Shown here piece after piece: positions 36,600-45,599 of a stretch of DNA of 64,000 nt. The notes under the pieces were generated by a model. It was given only the letters and a program-made list of their open reading frames with translations. It was not told the DNA's origin and ran no database searches. Position 1 is the first letter of the stretch. The number at the start of each line of letters is the position of its first letter. Origin of the DNA: an uncultured Candidatus Rokubacteria bacterium (GTDB lineage: Bacteria > Methylomirabilota > Methylomirabilia > Rokubacteriales > DASRDR01); contig CAWDVE010000013.1 of assembly GCA_963805625.1 (NCBI GenBank), forward strand, positions 448,001 to 512,000. Reading direction: 5' to 3'. The translations under genes and the position numbers were made by a program.

Positions 36600-38015
36600 A
36601 TGCAGACTCGTCGCCAGTTCATGATCCGGGGAGGCAAGCTGGTCGCTGCGGCCACCGCAGCCACCGCCGTCGGACCGACGGTGTTCACGCGCGACGTGCG
36701 CGCCGCCTCCACGCTCAAGATCCTCCAGTGGAGCCACTTCGTGCCGGCCTACGACGCCTGGTTCGACCCGTGGGCCAAGAAGTGGGGCGCGACCAAAGGG
36801 ATCGAGGTGACGGTCGATCACGTCGGGTTCGCGGACGTCGTGCCGCGGGCGACCGCGGACGTCGCCGCCCAGTCCGGTCACGACATCCACATGTTCATCG
36901 GCCTCGGCAGCGCCTTCGAGGAGCATGTGATCGACCTCACGGACGTCCAGACCACGCTCGAGAAGAAGTACGGGCCCCAGATCGAGCTGGCCAAGAAGAG
37001 CACGTACAACCCGCACACCAAGAAGCAGTTCGCCCTCTCCGACATGTGGGTGCCCGATCCAGGGGACTACCTCAAGTCCCACTGGACCGAGTTCGGCATG
37101 CCCGAGGGGCCGGTGACCTGGGAGGATCTCGTCAAGGCGGCGCCGGAGATCAAGAAGCGGCACCCCGAGATTCAGATTCCGATCGGAATCGGGCTCTCGC
37201 AGGACATCGACTCGAACATGGCGGTTCGCAACATACTCTGGTGCCACGGGGGCTCCATCCAGGACAAGGACGCGAACGTCGTGCTCAACTCCCCGGAGAC
37301 CCTGGCCGCGCTCGAGTACGCGAAACGCCTGTACTCGGTGGGCATGACGCAGGCCGTGCTGAGCTGGAACGCAGCGTCGAACAACCAGGCGCTGATCGCG
37401 AAGGAGACGACGTACATCCTGAACTCGATCTCTGCTTACCGGACCGCCCAGGACAACAAGCTGCCAGTGGCGGATGACATCTACTTCACAAGAACCCTGA
37501 AGGGCCCAACGGGGATCCAGCTCGGTTCCGAGCACGTCATGTCGGGCTACGCCATCTGGAAGTTCTCCAAGAACCAGGATGCGGCCAAGGAGTTCCTGGT
37601 CGCGCTGGTCGACGCCTCCCGCGAGTCCACGATGTCGAGCAAGCTCTACAACTTCCCGTCCTTCTACGGCGCGGTCGCCGAGCCCAACACCCCGATGAAC
37701 AAGAAGATCGAGTCGGGGGCGGCCTGGCTCGTGAAGCAGTGCCAGGCGGATCCGTTCGGCTCCAAGCCTATCGACAAACTGGCCTTGCTCACGTCCTTCG
37801 ACCGGACGTCCACCAACCTGGGGTACCCGGGCTACGGGAACCCGGCCGAGGGCGAGATCTTCGACACCTACGTGCTCACCGACATGTTCGCCAAGGCGGC
37901 GACCGGTGTCCTATCTCCAAAGGACGCGATGGCCGAGGGGAACACGCGGGCGAAGGAGATCTTCAACAAGTGGCGCAAGAAGGGCTTCGTGGCTGGCGGA
38001 GCGAAGGACAAGTAG
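36600..38015 (+). CDS. Carbohydrate ABC substrate-binding protein, Tat-exported
   Basis: GAGGAGG RBS; TRRQFM twin-arginine; QWSHFVPAYDAWFD; YAIWKFS. Confidence 0.92.
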   Translation: MQTRRQFMIRGGKLVAAATAATAVGPTVFTRDVRAASTLKILQWSHFVPAYDAWFDPWAKKWGATKGIEVTVDHVGFADVVPRATADVAAQSGHDIHMFIGLGSAFEEHVIDLTDVQTTLEKKYGPQIELAKKSTYNPHTKKQFALSDMWVPDPGDYLKSHWTEFGMPEGPVTWEDLVKAAPEIKKRHPEIQIPIGIGLSQDIDSNMAVRNILWCHGGSIQDKDANVVLNSPETLAALEYAKRLYSVGMTQAVLSWNAASNNQALIAKETTYILNSISAYRTAQDNKLPVADDIYFTRTLKGPTGIQLGSEHVMSGYAIWKFSKNQDAAKEFLVALVDASRESTMSSKLYNFPSFYGAVAEPNTPMNKKIESGAAWLVKQCQADPFGSKPIDKLALLTSFDRTSTNLGYPGYGNPAEGEIFDTYVLTDMFAKAATGVLSPKDAMAEGNTRAKEIFNKWRKKGFVAGGAKDK

Positions 38016-38041
38016 CTCCCCCGATTGCGCTCGAGGATTGG

Positions 38042-38073
38042 AAACCGGCGGCCAGACACCTGGCCGCCGGTTT
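38042..38073 (+). terminator. Perfect 14-bp hairpin after the binding-protein gene (terminator or mRNA stabiliser)
   Basis: AAACCGGCGGCCAG-ACAC-CTGGCCGCCGGTTT. Confidence 0.75.
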
Positions 38074-38090
38074 GCCATTGACAGGATGCG

Positions 38091-39026
38091 ATGGCCGTCG
38101 CTGAGCCGGTAGCTCTCGCGCCAACCGCGAGGTCGCTCGGAAGCCTGAGCCGCCTGGATCGGACGCTCGGGGCCGTGATGCTGGCCCCGGCCTTGATCTA
38201 CATTGCGGCGCTCGTCGGGCTGCCTTTCCTGCTCGCGGTGTTCCTGAGCCTGACCAACTCGTCGGCGGGCAGCCTGGACTTCTCCTTCGTCGGGTTCCAG
38301 AACTTCGCGAGCGTCATCCGGAACCCCGTGTTCCAGCGATCCCTCAAGAACACGTTCATCTTCACTTTCGTCTCGCAGCTGACCGTGATCGTCTGCGGCA
38401 ACATCCTCGCCCGCGCCCTGATGAAGCGCTTCCCCGGCAGGGCGCTCGTGCGCTTCATCATCCTGATGCCCTGGGCGGCACCGGTGTCCCTCGCGACCCT
38501 GGGCTGGCTCTGGATCTTCGACTCCACCTTCAGCGTGATCAACTGGATGCTCAAGGTCGTCGGCTGGCTGGGTCCAGGGCAATGGTACTACTGGCTCGGC
38601 GACACGACCCTCGGGATGGTCGCGATCATTACGATCCATGTCTGGCGGATGCTGCCGTTCTCGACGGTGATCCTGCTCGCGGGCCTCGGCTCCATACCGC
38701 CAGAGGTTCACGAGGCGGCCGACATCGACGGCGCCGGACCGCTCGCCAAGACCTTCCGGGTGACGCTACCCATGATGCTCCCGATCCTGACCGTCGCCCT
38801 TCTGTTCGGTGTCGTCTTCACGTTCACCGACATGAGCGTGGTCTACCTCCTGACCCGCGGCGGTCCTTATAACAGCACGCACGTGCTCGCCAGCCTCGCC
38901 TTCCAGGATGGTGTCCTGGGGTCCGACGTCGGCCGGGGCGCCGCCATCGCCATCTTCCTCCTGCCCATGCTCGTGGTCATGGCGGTACTGATGCTCCGCG
39001 TGTCACGGCGGGCGGAGGTGAGCTGA
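38091..39026 (+). CDS. Sugar ABC transporter permease (MalF-like)
   Basis: FVGFQNF, EAA loop EAADIDGA and LLTRGGP. Confidence 0.93.
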   Translation: MAVAEPVALAPTARSLGSLSRLDRTLGAVMLAPALIYIAALVGLPFLLAVFLSLTNSSAGSLDFSFVGFQNFASVIRNPVFQRSLKNTFIFTFVSQLTVIVCGNILARALMKRFPGRALVRFIILMPWAAPVSLATLGWLWIFDSTFSVINWMLKVVGWLGPGQWYYWLGDTTLGMVAIITIHVWRMLPFSTVILLAGLGSIPPEVHEAADIDGAGPLAKTFRVTLPMMLPILTVALLFGVVFTFTDMSVVYLLTRGGPYNSTHVLASLAFQDGVLGSDVGRGAAIAIFLLPMLVVMAVLMLRVSRRAEVS

Positions 39027-39027
39027 G

Positions 39028-39888
39028 GTGGCCCGCCAGGGCCGGCGAAAGCTGCTGGCCCTCGTCGGCCACCGGGCCCTCGTTCTCTTGTTCACCCTGT
39101 TTGCGGCGTTCCCCTTCTACTGGATGTTCGTGACCAGCTTCAAGCAGAACAGCGACCTCTACGTCGGTGCCACCAACACGGCCCACAATCCGTTCATCTT
39201 CAACGCACCCCCGACCCTCGAGCACCTCCAGATCCTATTCCAGCGGACGCTCTACCCCGTCTGGCTCATCAACACTCTCTTCGTGGGCGTGGTCGTCGTC
39301 GCCATCACGCTCGTGCTGACGGTACCCGCTGGCTACAGCCTTGCCCGGCTCACGGGACAATGGGGGGAGCGGCTCAGCATTGGCATCTTTCTCACTTATC
39401 TCGTGCCGTCCACGCTCCTCTTCATCCCGTTCTCGCGCCTGGTCTCGGTCCTGGGCCTTCAGAACAGCCTGTGGTCTCTTGTCCTCGTCTATCCGACGTT
39501 CACGGTCCCCTTCTGCACATGGCTTCTCATGGGCTTCTTCAAGTCGCTGCCGAAGGAAATCGAGGAATCGGCCATGGTGGACGGCTGCAGCCGGGTGGGG
39601 GCGATCTGCCGGATCGTGCTGCCGCTCTCGGTGCCCGGTCTCCTGACCGTCGTGATCTTCGCCCTGACTCTCGTGTTCCAGGAGTTCGTGTACAGCCTGA
39701 CCTTCATCTCCTCCGTCCAGCGAATGACGGTCAGCGTCGGGGTGCCGGTCGCGCTGATCCGCGGCGACGTCTACTACTGGGGGTCCCTGATGGCGGCCTG
39801 CCTCATCACCAGCGTGCCGATCGCCATCCTCTACAACTTCTTCCTCGACCGCTTCATCGCCGGCTTCACGGTGGGAGCGGTGAAGTGA
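39028..39888 (+). CDS. Sugar ABC transporter permease (MalG-like)
   Basis: PFYWMFVTSFK, EESAMVDGCS, WGSLMA and GAVK. Confidence 0.93.
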   Translation: MARQGRRKLLALVGHRALVLLFTLFAAFPFYWMFVTSFKQNSDLYVGATNTAHNPFIFNAPPTLEHLQILFQRTLYPVWLINTLFVGVVVVAITLVLTVPAGYSLARLTGQWGERLSIGIFLTYLVPSTLLFIPFSRLVSVLGLQNSLWSLVLVYPTFTVPFCTWLLMGFFKSLPKEIEESAMVDGCSRVGAICRIVLPLSVPGLLTVVIFALTLVFQEFVYSLTFISSVQRMTVSVGVPVALIRGDVYYWGSLMAACLITSVPIAILYNFFLDRFIAGFTVGAVK

Positions 39889-40163
39889 GAGGCCCCGCCC
39901 GCCCCTCCGCCGCCCGGTGAGTCCACGTCTTGCCGGCGTTCGACGAGTGGGGCCACCGGACGTTCGCCAAGGCGTGAGCCTGGCTGGTGGTCTAGCCGCG
40001 AAATCGGTGTTCGACTAGCGCTACGCCTCGACCCCGAGGACGGGCTCCGTCGTGATGCCCCCCAGCCGCGAAGCGTCCGCGCCACCGGGTAGCGGCCCTG
40101 GTCGGCGCCGTGCGCTCGCTCCGCCGCCTCGCGCTGCTCCGCGCACAGCTTGACGCGTGTCTC

Positions 40164-41072
40164 CTACGACTCCGGCGCCACAGACATGCGATAGATGGCG
40201 GTGTGGCGGATGCGAGCGATGGGACGGGTGCCGCCAGCGACGATCAGGAGATCGAGGTCGACCCAGCCACGCCCCTTCCGCTCGTAGAGCTGGGCGACGT
40301 GACCCCGGGTCTCGAGCCGGTCCCGCGCCCGCGCCAGATCGCAGTGCGCCACGTCGCTCGAGACGTGGATCCAGGGGCCGAGGGCCACGTTCTCTGAGAG
40401 CGCCCGATTCGCCTGGCGGAGGAGGAGGCCCGGATGGGCGATCGCCTCGGGGCCACGATAGCTCGGCGACGGATCATCGAGATCCGCCGCAGCCCGGGCG
40501 AGCACCGTCGTGTCCAGGAGCAGCGCCGGAGCGCCGAGCGGATCGAGGCGGGCGAGCGTCGCCGCGGTCGCCGGTGGAGGCGATGCCGGGAGCGGCGCCG
40601 CCGGGTATCCACGAGGATCGGCCGCGATGACAGGTCCGCCCCATGCCAGGCCCGCGGTCAGGCTCGCAGCAACGTCACCACGAGGGCCGCGCGCCTCGAT
40701 CTCGGCGACGACTTCCCCCGCTTCCCCTCGCCCGGATCGTCCGACGATCCGTCCCGAGAGCGCCAGGAGGTCGCCGTCGTAGACGGGTCGCGCGAACCGA
40801 ACCGTGGCCGTCCCCCGCCGGAGCCAGTCGACACCGAACGTCTCGACGACGACCCGCGCGAGGTATCCATAGATCGTGACGCCGGCGACGAGCGCGCCCG
40901 CGTACCCGTGCTGCCGAGCCACGGCGTCGTCATGGATGCGGTTGGCCGCGTCGCGGAAGAGGTTACGCGCGTGTACGCCGCGCTCGGGCAACGCCGCGCC
41001 GGGCACGAGCTCGTGCGACACCGCCTCGCCCGTCACGAGGCGGACTCTATGCTCGCGGATGGCCCGCGTCAA
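40164..41072 (-). CDS. MaoC-like double hotdog-fold protein
   Basis: NRIHDDAVARQHGYAGALVAGV, VRFARPVYDGD and GPWIHVSS; the start is uncertain. Confidence 0.8.
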   Translation of the reverse strand: MTRAIREHRVRLVTGEAVSHELVPGAALPERGVHARNLFRDAANRIHDDAVARQHGYAGALVAGVTIYGYLARVVVETFGVDWLRRGTATVRFARPVYDGDLLALSGRIVGRSGRGEAGEVVAEIEARGPRGDVAASLTAGLAWGGPVIAADPRGYPAAPLPASPPPATAATLARLDPLGAPALLLDTTVLARAAADLDDPSPSYRGPEAIAHPGLLLRQANRALSENVALGPWIHVSSDVAHCDLARARDRLETRGHVAQLYERKGRGWVDLDLLIVAGGTRPIARIRHTAIYRMSVAPES

Positions 41073-41099
41073 CGCGCAGCGGCAACGAGCGCCGCCTGC

Positions 41100-41128
41100 T
41101 TGACCCTCCCCGGGGGGCGGGCTAACGT
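41100..41128 (+). promoter_or_regulatory. Sigma70-type promoter giving a probably leaderless transcript
   Basis: TTGACC-N17-TAACGT, 6 nt before ATG 41135. Confidence 0.55.
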
Positions 41129-41134
41129 GGCGCC

Positions 41135-42271
41135 ATGATGGTGGGGATCCAGGCGGACGACCTCACGGGCGCGTGTGACACGGGGGCACCGTTCGCCGTG
41201 CGCGGGCTCGAGACCCTGGTCGTCATACAGGACGGAAAGAACCCGCCGGCCTGGACTGACACGAGTGCGGACGTCCTCGTCATCGACACCGAGACTCGAG
41301 AGCAGTCGGTGGAGGAGGCGCGCGAGCGAGCCCGCGCAGCCGGCGCTGCCCTCAAGGCCGGTTCGCCCCGTGTCCTCTACAAGAAGGTCGACTCCACGCT
41401 TCGCGGGCGGGTGGCGGCCGAGATCGACGGGATGCTCGACGGCGCGAGGCTCGGGCTGGCGCTCCTCACGTCCGCCTTCCCCGCCCAGCGCCGCACGGTC
41501 ATCGACGGGTGTGTCCGCGTCGGCGGCCGGCTCGCCGACGAGACGCCGATCGCGCGCGACCCCGCCTTCCCGCGCACGGGGGCGAGCGTGCTCGGGCTCC
41601 TGGCCGCTGGCGGCGTGCGGCCGACCGCCGCCTTGCCGCTCAGGACGGTGCGTCGAGGCCGGGATGCCGTCGCGGCGCGGCTCCTGCGCTTCGGCGGGAT
41701 CGGCGGACGGGTTCTCGCCGCGGACGCAGATACCGATGCGGATCTCTCGGTGCTGGCGGAGGTGGCCCGCGGCCGGCCGGTACTCCTGGCCGGGTCGGCC
41801 GGGCTGGCGACGGCGCTCGCCGAGTGCGAGAGCCCCGCGGCGTCCGGCGTCCAGCGGGTTCTTCCCCGCCGGCCCTTGGTCGTGGTCGCCGGGAGCCCGC
41901 ACCCCGCCACCCGGGCGCAACTCTCACGGCTCTCACAGCGGGCGGGCCTCGACGTGCTGGCGCCGCCCGAGAAACAAGGAGTCGACGATCCCCTTCGGCG
42001 CCGCGAGACGGCCGCCCGCCTGGCGGACGCCGCGCGACTCCGCATCGAGCGCAGGAGGCCGGGCGCGATCCTGCTGACCGGCGGCGAGACGGCGATCGCG
42101 GTGCTCCGGACCCTCGGCGCCAGCGGGCTCCGTCTGGCCGGGGAGATCGAGCCCGGCCTCGCCCTGGGAACCCTCGCGGGCGGGCCGTTCGACGGCCTGG
42201 TCGTGATGACCAAGGCGGGCGGTTTCGGCGACGCGGACGCGCTGGAACGCGCCTGGGAGGCCTGCGCGTGA
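41135..42271 (+). CDS. Four-carbon acid sugar kinase family (DtnK/DenK-like)
   Basis: ADDLTGACD, YKKVDSTLRG, GSAGLA, TGGETA and TKAGGFG. Confidence 0.92.
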   Translation: MMVGIQADDLTGACDTGAPFAVRGLETLVVIQDGKNPPAWTDTSADVLVIDTETREQSVEEARERARAAGAALKAGSPRVLYKKVDSTLRGRVAAEIDGMLDGARLGLALLTSAFPAQRRTVIDGCVRVGGRLADETPIARDPAFPRTGASVLGLLAAGGVRPTAALPLRTVRRGRDAVAARLLRFGGIGGRVLAADADTDADLSVLAEVARGRPVLLAGSAGLATALAECESPAASGVQRVLPRRPLVVVAGSPHPATRAQLSRLSQRAGLDVLAPPEKQGVDDPLRRRETAARLADAARLRIERRRPGAILLTGGETAIAVLRTLGASGLRLAGEIEPGLALGTLAGGPFDGLVVMTKAGGFGDADALERAWEACA

Positions 42272-43314
42272 CCCGGCCGGTGCTCGGCATCACGATGGGA
42301 GACCCCGCCGGGATCGGACCCGAGATCGCGGCGAAGGCGCTGGCCGAGCCCGAGGTGCGGGAGAAGGCGCGCCCGCTCGTCATCGGCGACGCCCGGGTGA
42401 TGGTCTCGGCCGCCCGGGTCGCCCGCGTCGATCTGGAGGTGCGGGCGCTCGCGCGCGTCGGCGAGGCCACCTTCGCGCCGGACCGGATCGAGGTGCTGGA
42501 TCTCGCCAACGCCGACCCCGCGGCCTTCGCCGTCGGCCGGGTGAGCGCGGTCTGCGGGCGCGCGGCCTACGAGTACATCGAGCGCGGCGTGCGACTCGCG
42601 CAGGAAGGCGCCATCGCCGCGATCGTCACTGCTCCCGTCAACAAGGAGGCGCTCGCCGCAGCGGGCGTCCGCCACTCGGGGCACACCGAGATCCTGGCCG
42701 AGCTCACCGGAACGAAGGCCTACGCCATGCTCCTGATGGGCAAGGAGCTCCGCGTGATCCACGTGACGACCCACGTGGCGCTCCGCCGCGTCCCCGAGCT
42801 CGTCACGCGGGAGCGCGTCGCGCGGACGATCCGGCTCGGTGACCGGGCGATGCGGGACCTCGGGATCGCTCGCCCGCGCATCGCCGTGTGCGGTCTGAAT
42901 CCCCACGCCGGCGAGAACGGGCTCTTCGGGGACGAGGAGCAGGTGGCGATCAGCCCCGCAATCGCCGATGCGCGCGCCGAGGGCATCGACGCGACCGGCC
43001 CCTACCCCGCGGACACGCTCATGAGCCGCGCCGCCGGAGGCGAGTTCGACTGCGTCGTCGCCATGTTCCACGATCAGGGGCACACGCCCGTCAAGGCGCT
43101 CGGCTTCCGGTACGACGAGGCGAAGAAGGCGTGGACCGGCCTGTCCGGTGTGAACGTGACCGTCGGGCTCCCCATCCTCCGGGTCTCCGTGGATCACGGC
43201 ACCGCCTTCGACCGGGCGGGCACCGGGACCGCGAATCCGGAGAGCATGGTGGAGGCCATCCTCGTCGCCGCCGAGATGGCGCGGAGCCGCGAGCGCGCGG
43301 CGTCCCAGCCCTGA
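42268..43314 (+). CDS. pdxA: 4-hydroxythreonine-4-phosphate / D-threonate-4-phosphate dehydrogenase (PdxA family)
   Basis: ITMGDPAGIGPE, TAPVNKE, GHTE, LNPHAGE, HDQGH and RVSVDHGTAFD. Confidence 0.93.
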   Translation: MTRPVLGITMGDPAGIGPEIAAKALAEPEVREKARPLVIGDARVMVSAARVARVDLEVRALARVGEATFAPDRIEVLDLANADPAAFAVGRVSAVCGRAAYEYIERGVRLAQEGAIAAIVTAPVNKEALAAAGVRHSGHTEILAELTGTKAYAMLLMGKELRVIHVTTHVALRRVPELVTRERVARTIRLGDRAMRDLGIARPRIAVCGLNPHAGENGLFGDEEQVAISPAIADARAEGIDATGPYPADTLMSRAAGGEFDCVVAMFHDQGHTPVKALGFRYDEAKKAWTGLSGVNVTVGLPILRVSVDHGTAFDRAGTGTANPESMVEAILVAAEMARSRERAASQP

Positions 43315-43316
43315 CC

Positions 43317-44420
43317 GTGCCGCTCTACCGCATCGCGGTTCTCGCCGGGGACGGCATCGGGCCCGAGGTGATCGCCGAGGCACTCAAGATCCTCGACGCC
43401 GTCGCCGTGCCGGGGCGGCTCGAGTTCGTCTTCGAGGAAGCGGCCGCGGGAGCGGACTGCTACCGGCGCACCGGCGAGGAGCTGCCGGGCGAGACGCTCG
43501 AGGTCTGCCAGGCGGCGGACGCGATCCTGTTCGGCGCGGCGGGACTGCCCGACGTGCGCTTCCCGGACGGAACGGAGATCGCGCCCCAGCTCGCGCTCCG
43601 GATCGCCCTCGACCTCTACGTGGGCCTCCGGCCCATCCGGCTTCACCCGGGAGTGCCCACGCCCCTCCGGCTCGGCGAGCGCGAGCGGATCGACTATGTC
43701 ATCCTGCGCGAGAACACCGAGGGGCTCTACGCCTCGCGCGGGGCGGGCGTCCTGGTCGGCGGCCACGTCGCGACGGACACCCTCGTCGTCACGCGGCCCG
43801 GCGTCCTCCGGATCTGCCGCCAGGCGTTCAAGGTGGCGCGCCGGCGCCACGGCGCCCCCCGGGACGGAGTCCGGCGGGTGACGCTCGTCGACAAGGCCAA
43901 CGTGCTCAAGAGCTACGCCTTCTTCCGCGCGCTGTTCGACGAGGTGGCGGCCGACTACCCCGACGTCCAGGCGGAGCACGCGTACGTCGACGCGATGACG
44001 ATGTATCTCGTGCAGCGCCCGGGCCACTACGACGTGATCGTGGCCGAGAACATGTTCGGCGACATCCTCTCGGACCTGGCCGCCGCCACCGTGGGCGGGC
44101 TCGGCATGGCACCGTCCGGGGACATCGGTGACCACCACGCCCTGTTCCAGCCCTCCCACGGGACGGCGCCCGACATCGCGGGCAAGGGTATCGCCAATCC
44201 CCTGGCGACCATCCTTTCGGCCGGGCTCATGCTGGAGTGGCTCGCGGAGCGCGACGGCAACGATGACGCCGCGAGCGCGGCCGCGCGGATCGAGGCAGCC
44301 GTGGACGCGGTGACCGGCGCCGGCCGCGTCCTCACGCCGGACCTCGGCGGTCCCGGCACGACGGGCGCCGTGGGTGACGCCGTGGTCGCGGCGCTCGCCG
44401 CCCTGCCCGCCCGGACCTGA
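43317..44420 (+). CDS. Isocitrate/isopropylmalate/tartrate dehydrogenase family
   Basis: [30 protein letters not shown] and [15 protein letters not shown]. Confidence 0.92.
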   Translation: MPLYRIAVLAGDGIGPEVIAEALKILDAVAVPGRLEFVFEEAAAGADCYRRTGEELPGETLEVCQAADAILFGAAGLPDVRFPDGTEIAPQLALRIALDLYVGLRPIRLHPGVPTPLRLGERERIDYVILRENTEGLYASRGAGVLVGGHVATDTLVVTRPGVLRICRQAFKVARRRHGAPRDGVRRVTLVDKANVLKSYAFFRALFDEVAADYPDVQAEHAYVDAMTMYLVQRPGHYDVIVAENMFGDILSDLAAATVGGLGMAPSGDIGDHHALFQPSHGTAPDIAGKGIANPLATILSAGLMLEWLAERDGNDDAASAAARIEAAVDAVTGAGRVLTPDLGGPGTTGAVGDAVVAALAALPART

Positions 44421-44430
44421 CCGACCGGCA

Positions 44431-45466
44431 ATGCGGGCGATCGTCATCCACCGGCATGGCGGGCCCGAGGTGCTCACCTACGAGGCCCACTGGCCCGACC
44501 CGGTGGCCGGACCGGGCGAGATGGTCGTCCGCGTCCACGCGTGCGCCCTCAACCCGCTCGACATCTTCACCCGCGAGGGCATGCCCGGAGAGCCGACGCC
44601 GCTCCCGCACATCACGGGGGGCGACATCGCGGGCACGGTCGCCTCGGTCGGACCCGGCGTGGAGTGGCCTCGTGTCGGGGACCGGGTCGTGCTCAACCCG
44701 TCCTGGGGGTGCGGCGCGTGCGAGTACTGCCGGGACGGCGAGGTCCCGAAATGCATCCGCGTCCACATGCTCGGCGAGATGGATCCGGGCGGGCTGGCGG
44801 AGCTACGTGAAGTGCCCCGCGCGCCAGGCGATCCTCCTTCCCGAGCACTACCCCTTCGAGGAAGCCGCGTGCCTCCCGATCACCTTCGGCACCGCCTGGC
44901 GGATGCTGGTGACCCACGCGCGGGTCCAGCCCGGCGAGGACGTGCTCGTCCACGGCGCGGTCGGCGGCGTCGGCCTCGCGGCGATCCAGATCGCCAAGCT
45001 GGCGGGCGCGCGTGTCTTCGCCACCGCGTCGACGGCGGAGAAGCTCGAGCGCGCGACCGAGCTCGGCGCCGACGTCGCCATCAACTACGCCGAGGACCGG
45101 GAGTGGGACGCGACGGTCCGCCGCCTCACCGGCAAGCGCGGCGTCGACGTCATCGTCGAGACGGTCGGCACGGCGACGTGGGAGCGCTCGATCCGCGCCC
45201 TCGGCAAGGGCGGGCGCCTCGTCGTGAGCGGCGCCACGTCGGGGCCGATCGGCCCGACGGACCTCCGCTATCTCTTCCGCCGCGAGCACACGATCCAGGG
45301 CTCGAACGGCTGGACGCAGAACGACCTGCTCACGATCACGCGTCTGGCCTTCGCAGGAAAGCTGCGCCCGGTGATCGACCGCGTGCTGCCTCTCGAGCAG
45401 ACTGCCGAGGGTGAACGAGCCTTGGAGCGACGCGAGGTCATCGGCAAGGTCGTGATCCAGCCCTAG
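44431..45466 (+). pseudogene. Zinc-binding alcohol dehydrogenase/quinone oxidoreductase with a +1 frameshift near 44803 (may be a sequencing error)
   Basis: [15 protein letters not shown]...CGACEYC...GGLAE continues as YVKCPA...GAVGGVG...GKVVIQP in the next frame. Confidence 0.85.
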
Positions 45467-45599
45467 GCGGGACGCTCCCGGACCCTCATCGCGCGGTCCG
45501 CCGCTTGACCCCCGGCCGGCCACCGGACTACCTTCGGGGCCGTCAACCTCTGCTCGCTGGACCACCGGGGCCATCAGCCCGAGTTCCGGAGACTGATCA

